Source: an uncultured delta proteobacterium
GTDB lineage: Bacteria > Desulfobacterota > Binatia > Binatales > Binataceae
Reading direction: 5' to 3'
DNA length: 64,000 bases
Assembly: GCA_963808235.1 (NCBI GenBank)
Contig: CAWEEQ010000004.1
Coordinates: forward strand, 3,616,001-3,680,000
Shown: piece by piece, positions 60,138-64,000 of the stretch
How the letters are laid out: every line of letters begins with the position of its first letter
Position numbering within the stretch: position 1 is the stretch's first letter
Translations under genes and position numbers: made by a program
The notes under the pieces: model-generated
Databases searched by the model: none
What the model was told of the DNA's origin: nothing
Seen by the model: only the letters and a program-made list of their open reading frames with translations

Positions 60138-62457
60138 ATGACCCGGGCACTTGACGATATAAACGTGGTCGAATTCGACGCCCACCTGGGCGGCGCGTAC
60201 GCCGCGATGCTGCTGGCGGAAAACGGCGCGCGCACAATCAAGGTTGAAGCGCGTGGAGGCTCGCCACTTCGCGGCACTCCACATTTCCACGTACTGAACC
60301 GATCGAAGCGGGTGCTCCAACTCGATCTCGACGTGAGCGCGTCGGTTACGCCGGTCACGGAACTGCTCCAATGGGCCGACGTGGTGATCACCGGCTTCAC
60401 GCCCGGCCGGCTCGCGAATTTGCACCTCGACTACGAATCGATTCGGCGCATCAATCCGCGCGCGATTGCACTCAGCATGCCTCCGCTCGGCAGCCGCGGA
60501 CCCGACGCCGACTTTGCGGCGAACGACGAGCTGGTCGCGGCACGGAGCGGAATCACCGGCAGCCAATGGGCTCGCAGCGGCGATCCGGTGGCGCTCGTGT
60601 TCCCCGCGGCGAGTTATTCGGCGGGCGTGATGGGCGCGAGTGCAGCCACTGCGGCCGTCGTTGCGCGCGGCGCCGACGGCGTTGGCCAGGCGCTCGAGGT
60701 CTCGCTGCTTGCGGGCGCGTTCTCTTTGCAGACCGGCGGAATTCTGCGCCACGAAAAGATGACCAGCCTCTATCATGGTCCGCAGGATCCGCTCGGTCCA
60801 ATTCCCTGCTATCGCCTGTTCGAGGCGGCCGACGGCAAATTTCTCTTCGTCGCGTGCGGCAACTCCACCTTCTGGGGCAAGTTTACGATCGCGATCGACC
60901 GTCCCGATCTGGTCGCCGACCCCCGCTTCGAGAACGCGCCGTGGGGTATCGCGGCCGAACACTGGCAACCGCTCAAAGACATCATCGAGCCGATCATTCG
61001 CACACGACCGCGCGAAGAATGGCTTCAGCATCCTGCGCGAGGCCGACGTTCCATGCGCACCCGTGATGACTCGCCACGAGTTCATCGAGCACGCGCAGGT
61101 CCGCGCGCTCGGGATGCGCCGGGAAATCGACGATCCTGCGCTCGGCCGCACCATCCAGATGGGACTGCCCGTATTTCTCAATGACACGCCCGGCGAAATC
61201 GTCGGGCCCGCGCCCGCCCCCGGCGATGATCGCGCGGCGCTGGAATGGCTCCGCGAAGCGAAGCGTGACAACCCGCAACTATCGAAGGCAACGCACAAAA
61301 CGCGGCCTCCTCTTGACGGCGTGACGGTGCTCGACTTCGCGAGCTACATCGCGGGTTCCTACGGTCCGATGATTCTCGCTCAACTCGGCGCCAAGGTCAT
61401 AAAAATCGAAAGCCTCGAAGGCGATTCGTTTCGTCATTTCGGTTTCGGCTTCCTCGGCTGGAATCAGGGCAAGCGCGGCCTTTCGCTCAATCTCGCGAGT
61501 CCCGAGGGGCGCGAAATCATCCACGGCCTCGCAGACAAGGCCGACATCGTGGTGGAAAATCTTCGTCCCGGCCGGATGCGTAAATTCGGCTTCGACTACG
61601 AGAGCCTGGCCGCGCGCAACCCGCGCATCATCTATATGTCGGTCAACGCGTTCGGAAATCGCGGACCTGAGCACAATCAGCCGGGCTTCGACCCTCTGCT
61701 GCAGGCGCGGTCCGGCGTGATGGCGGCGCAGGGCGGCCATCATGGACATCCTGTGTACCTGACCTGCGCGATCTGCGATTACGGCGCCGCGATGCTCTCC
61801 GCGCTCGGATGCGTGCTCGCTCTTCGCGCGCGCCAACTCACCGGCCGTGGCCAGTTCTGCGAGACCTCGCTGCTGCAATCCGCGATGGCGTTTCAGGCCG
61901 GCGAGTTCATCTTCTATGCGGGTCGCCCGGACCTGGAAGACAGCACGGCCGAAAACCGGGGACGCTCGGCAGTGTCGCGCGCATACAAGTGCCGCGATAG
62001 TCAGTGGCTATTCATTTCATTAGCCAGTGATTCTCAATGGAACGCACTCCGGACAATATTTCCAGAAATCCCGAATACCACATGGACGACGGCTGCGACG
62101 GAATCTAACGAAGGCGCGCTCGCCGCGACACTCGCAGAAACATTCGCGAAACTCGATCGCGCCAACGCGCTTGCGGCACTCAACCAGGCACGCGTTCCCG
62201 CCACTCAAGTGAATCACTTCCGCGACCTGTTCGAAGACTCGCAGGTGCTGGCCAACGATCTAATCGCGGAACTGCCGCATTCCGACTGGGGCAACGTGAA
62301 ACAAACAGGGATGCTGATGAAGTTCTCCGCGACGCCCGGCACGATCGAGCGCTCCGGCCCTCGACTCGGCGAGCACACCGATGAAATCCTCCGCGAGTAC
62401 CTTGGCTACCGGCCCGACAAAATCGCCGCGCTGCGCGCCGCCGGTATCATCAAGTAG
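60138..62457 (+). CDS. Double-domain CoA-transferase III (CaiB/BaiF), frameshifted near 61026
   Basis: Two units (LNRSKR..WADVV; VLDFASYIAGS..NQGKR..VENLRPG..PRLGEHT); the ORFs join by removing one base. Confidence 0.88.
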
Positions 62458-62463
62458 TCGGCG

Positions 62464-63015
62464 ATGGATCCCGAGGCGGCCGCCGTCATCACCCCGCATC
62501 TGCTGGTGCGCGAGGAGCTGCTCTGGTGCGGACGCCCGCATGATACGATCGCGCTGCGATGGCGCGCAGGCGCGATTACTCTGGTTGGAATCGCCGCACT
62601 GACGATGCGTTCCTTGCCGCTCGATTCCAGTCTCGCAGAGCGTGCTGACACCAATTCAGTTCTGTTGATGCTGCTGGTTCCCGTTCTGGTCGCGGAAGCG
62701 ATCGTCTTCCATACTTATCTGTCGAAGACGTTTTACGGCGTCACCAATCAACGCGTGATCATCGTGTCAGGTTTGAGAGAGCTGGAAATGGTCGGCGTCC
62801 TGCTGGATCGCCTCAACACTACGCAACTCCGCGCGCGGCGCATCCTCCGTCACATTGAATTGAGCATACCGACGGAGCGAACCACGTTTCTTCCATTCAC
62901 AAACCCTTCAGTGCGGCCGAATTGGACCGGAAGCGAATGTTATCGGCTGCTCGGGCTTGAAGACGCACGCCGCGTGTGCGACTTGATATTGGAATCTGCG
63001 CACAAACTGGATTAG
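62464..63015 (+). CDS. Membrane protein with bacterial PH-like domain
   Basis: EELLWCGRP, two TMs, TFYGVTNQRVIIVSG. Confidence 0.7.
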   Translation: MDPEAAAVITPHLLVREELLWCGRPHDTIALRWRAGAITLVGIAALTMRSLPLDSSLAERADTNSVLLMLLVPVLVAEAIVFHTYLSKTFYGVTNQRVIIVSGLRELEMVGVLLDRLNTTQLRARRILRHIELSIPTERTTFLPFTNPSVRPNWTGSECYRLLGLEDARRVCDLILESAHKLD

Positions 63016-63034
63016 TCGAATCGGAGACAAACCT

Positions 63035-63250
63035 ATGCCACTAGTCACTCACGAAACCGTCAAGCAGGTGTTGCGCGATCTCTACGGCTACGAGATCTCG
63101 GACTCCGACGCACATTCGATCGCGCACAGCGCGGGCGCGATGCTCGCCCTGGCCGGCCATCTCAGCTCGATTGGCCTAAGCGGCATCGAACCTCCTTTCG
63201 GGTACCAAGTCCTCACCTCAGAAGCGACGCGGCTGAACCGGGCCAAGTAG
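63035..63250 (+). CDS. Small protein, possible GatC/AtzG-like amidase partner
   Basis: GGAG RBS; 71 aa with EPPF motif; directly upstream of the amidase. Confidence 0.6.
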   Translation: MPLVTHETVKQVLRDLYGYEISDSDAHSIAHSAGAMLALAGHLSSIGLSGIEPPFGYQVLTSEATRLNRAK

Positions 63251-63298
63251 TAATATCGACACTAGTAACACCCTATACTTACTTCGAGGAACACTACT

Positions 63299-64000
63299 AT
63301 GTCGGTACTCTCCGAAGAGCTACTCACTTTCGACGTTGCGACCCTTTCCGCCAAGCTCCAGGCGCGCGATATCTCTCCGGTCGAGCTGACCGAAGCCTAC
63401 CTCGCCCGGATCGAACGCACCGACTCATCTCTTCGCGCTTACATCACGGTCACAGACGCACTCGCACGCAAAACTGCGAAAAAGGCCGAGGCGGAAATTA
63501 CCGCCGGGAAATGGCGCGGGCCGTTTCATGGCATTCCGATCGCGCTCAAGGATCTCGTTTACACGAAAAAGATCCGCACTACCGGCGGCTCGAAAATTCT
63601 CGCCGACTTTATGCCGGATTACGACGCGACCGTGTGGAGTCGGCTGGCCCGCGCCGGAGCGGTGCTGCTCGGCAAGCTCAACCTGCACGAGTTCGCATAC
63701 GGGATCACATCGTCGAATCCACACTGGGGAAGCGTCCGCAATCCCTACGCGCTCGATCGAATTCCGGGCGGCTCGAGTGGCGGCTCGGCCGCCGCGATAG
63801 TTGCGCGCAGCGCCGCCGCCACGATCGGCACCGACACCGGCGGTTCGATCCGCATTCCGGCGGCGCTCTGCGGATGCGTCGGCTTGAAACCCACTTGGAG
63901 CCGGGTCAGCCGCTACGGCGTATTGCCGCTCGCCTACACGCTCGATCACGTCGGCCCAATCACTCGCACCGTGCGCGACGCCGCAATGATGCTGCAAGTG
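63299..64000 (+). CDS. Amidase-signature enzyme, truncated by the window end
   Basis: Manual translation: HGIPIALKD, GKLNLHEFA, PGGSSGGS, GTDTGGSIRIPA, GLKPT. Confidence 0.93.
   Translation, partial: MSVLSEELLTFDVATLSAKLQARDISPVELTEAYLARIERTDSSLRAYITVTDALARKTAKKAEAEITAGKWRGPFHGIPIALKDLVYTKKIRTTGGSKILADFMPDYDATVWSRLARAGAVLLGKLNLHEFAYGITSSNPHWGSVRNPYALDRIPGGSSGGSAAAIVARSAAATIGTDTGGSIRIPAALCGCVGLKPTWSRVSRYGVLPLAYTLDHVGPITRTVRDAAMMLQV

Overview
GC-rich bacterial chromosomal window. The gene mix (DUF1329 protein, LLM oxidoreductase, double CaiB, many secreted beta-propellers) suggests an uncultured deltaproteobacteria-like lineage such as Ca. Binatota; this is inference only. Housekeeping genes include fumC, rpmH-rnpA-yidD-yidC-jag, pyrD, thyX, ddl, guaB, fabI, gloB, an ftsB-like gene, a UvrD/PcrA helicase and pstS. 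Accessory genes include a GLIC-like pentameric ligand-gated channel, orphan Tad pseudopilins, HicAB, MoxR/VWA, an MscS-cNMP channel, an FHA pair with an FHA-TlpA fusion, a PD-(D/E)xK nuclease-like gene and a MEDS-sigma54 module. I saw no rRNA, tRNA, CRISPR array or transposase. Five genes carry single +1 frameshifts, probably consensus errors. The most notable signals are absent from the ORF track. (i) A ~320-nt transcription unit at 43391-43745 encodes a 34-aa Lys/Arg-rich peptide enclosed by two crossing long-range RNA pairings. (ii) A leaderless 12-aa uORF plus intrinsic terminator directly ahead of guaB is a candidate attenuator. (iii) A multi-stem structured element lies at 7805-7922. All product calls come from motif recognition by eye, not database searches.
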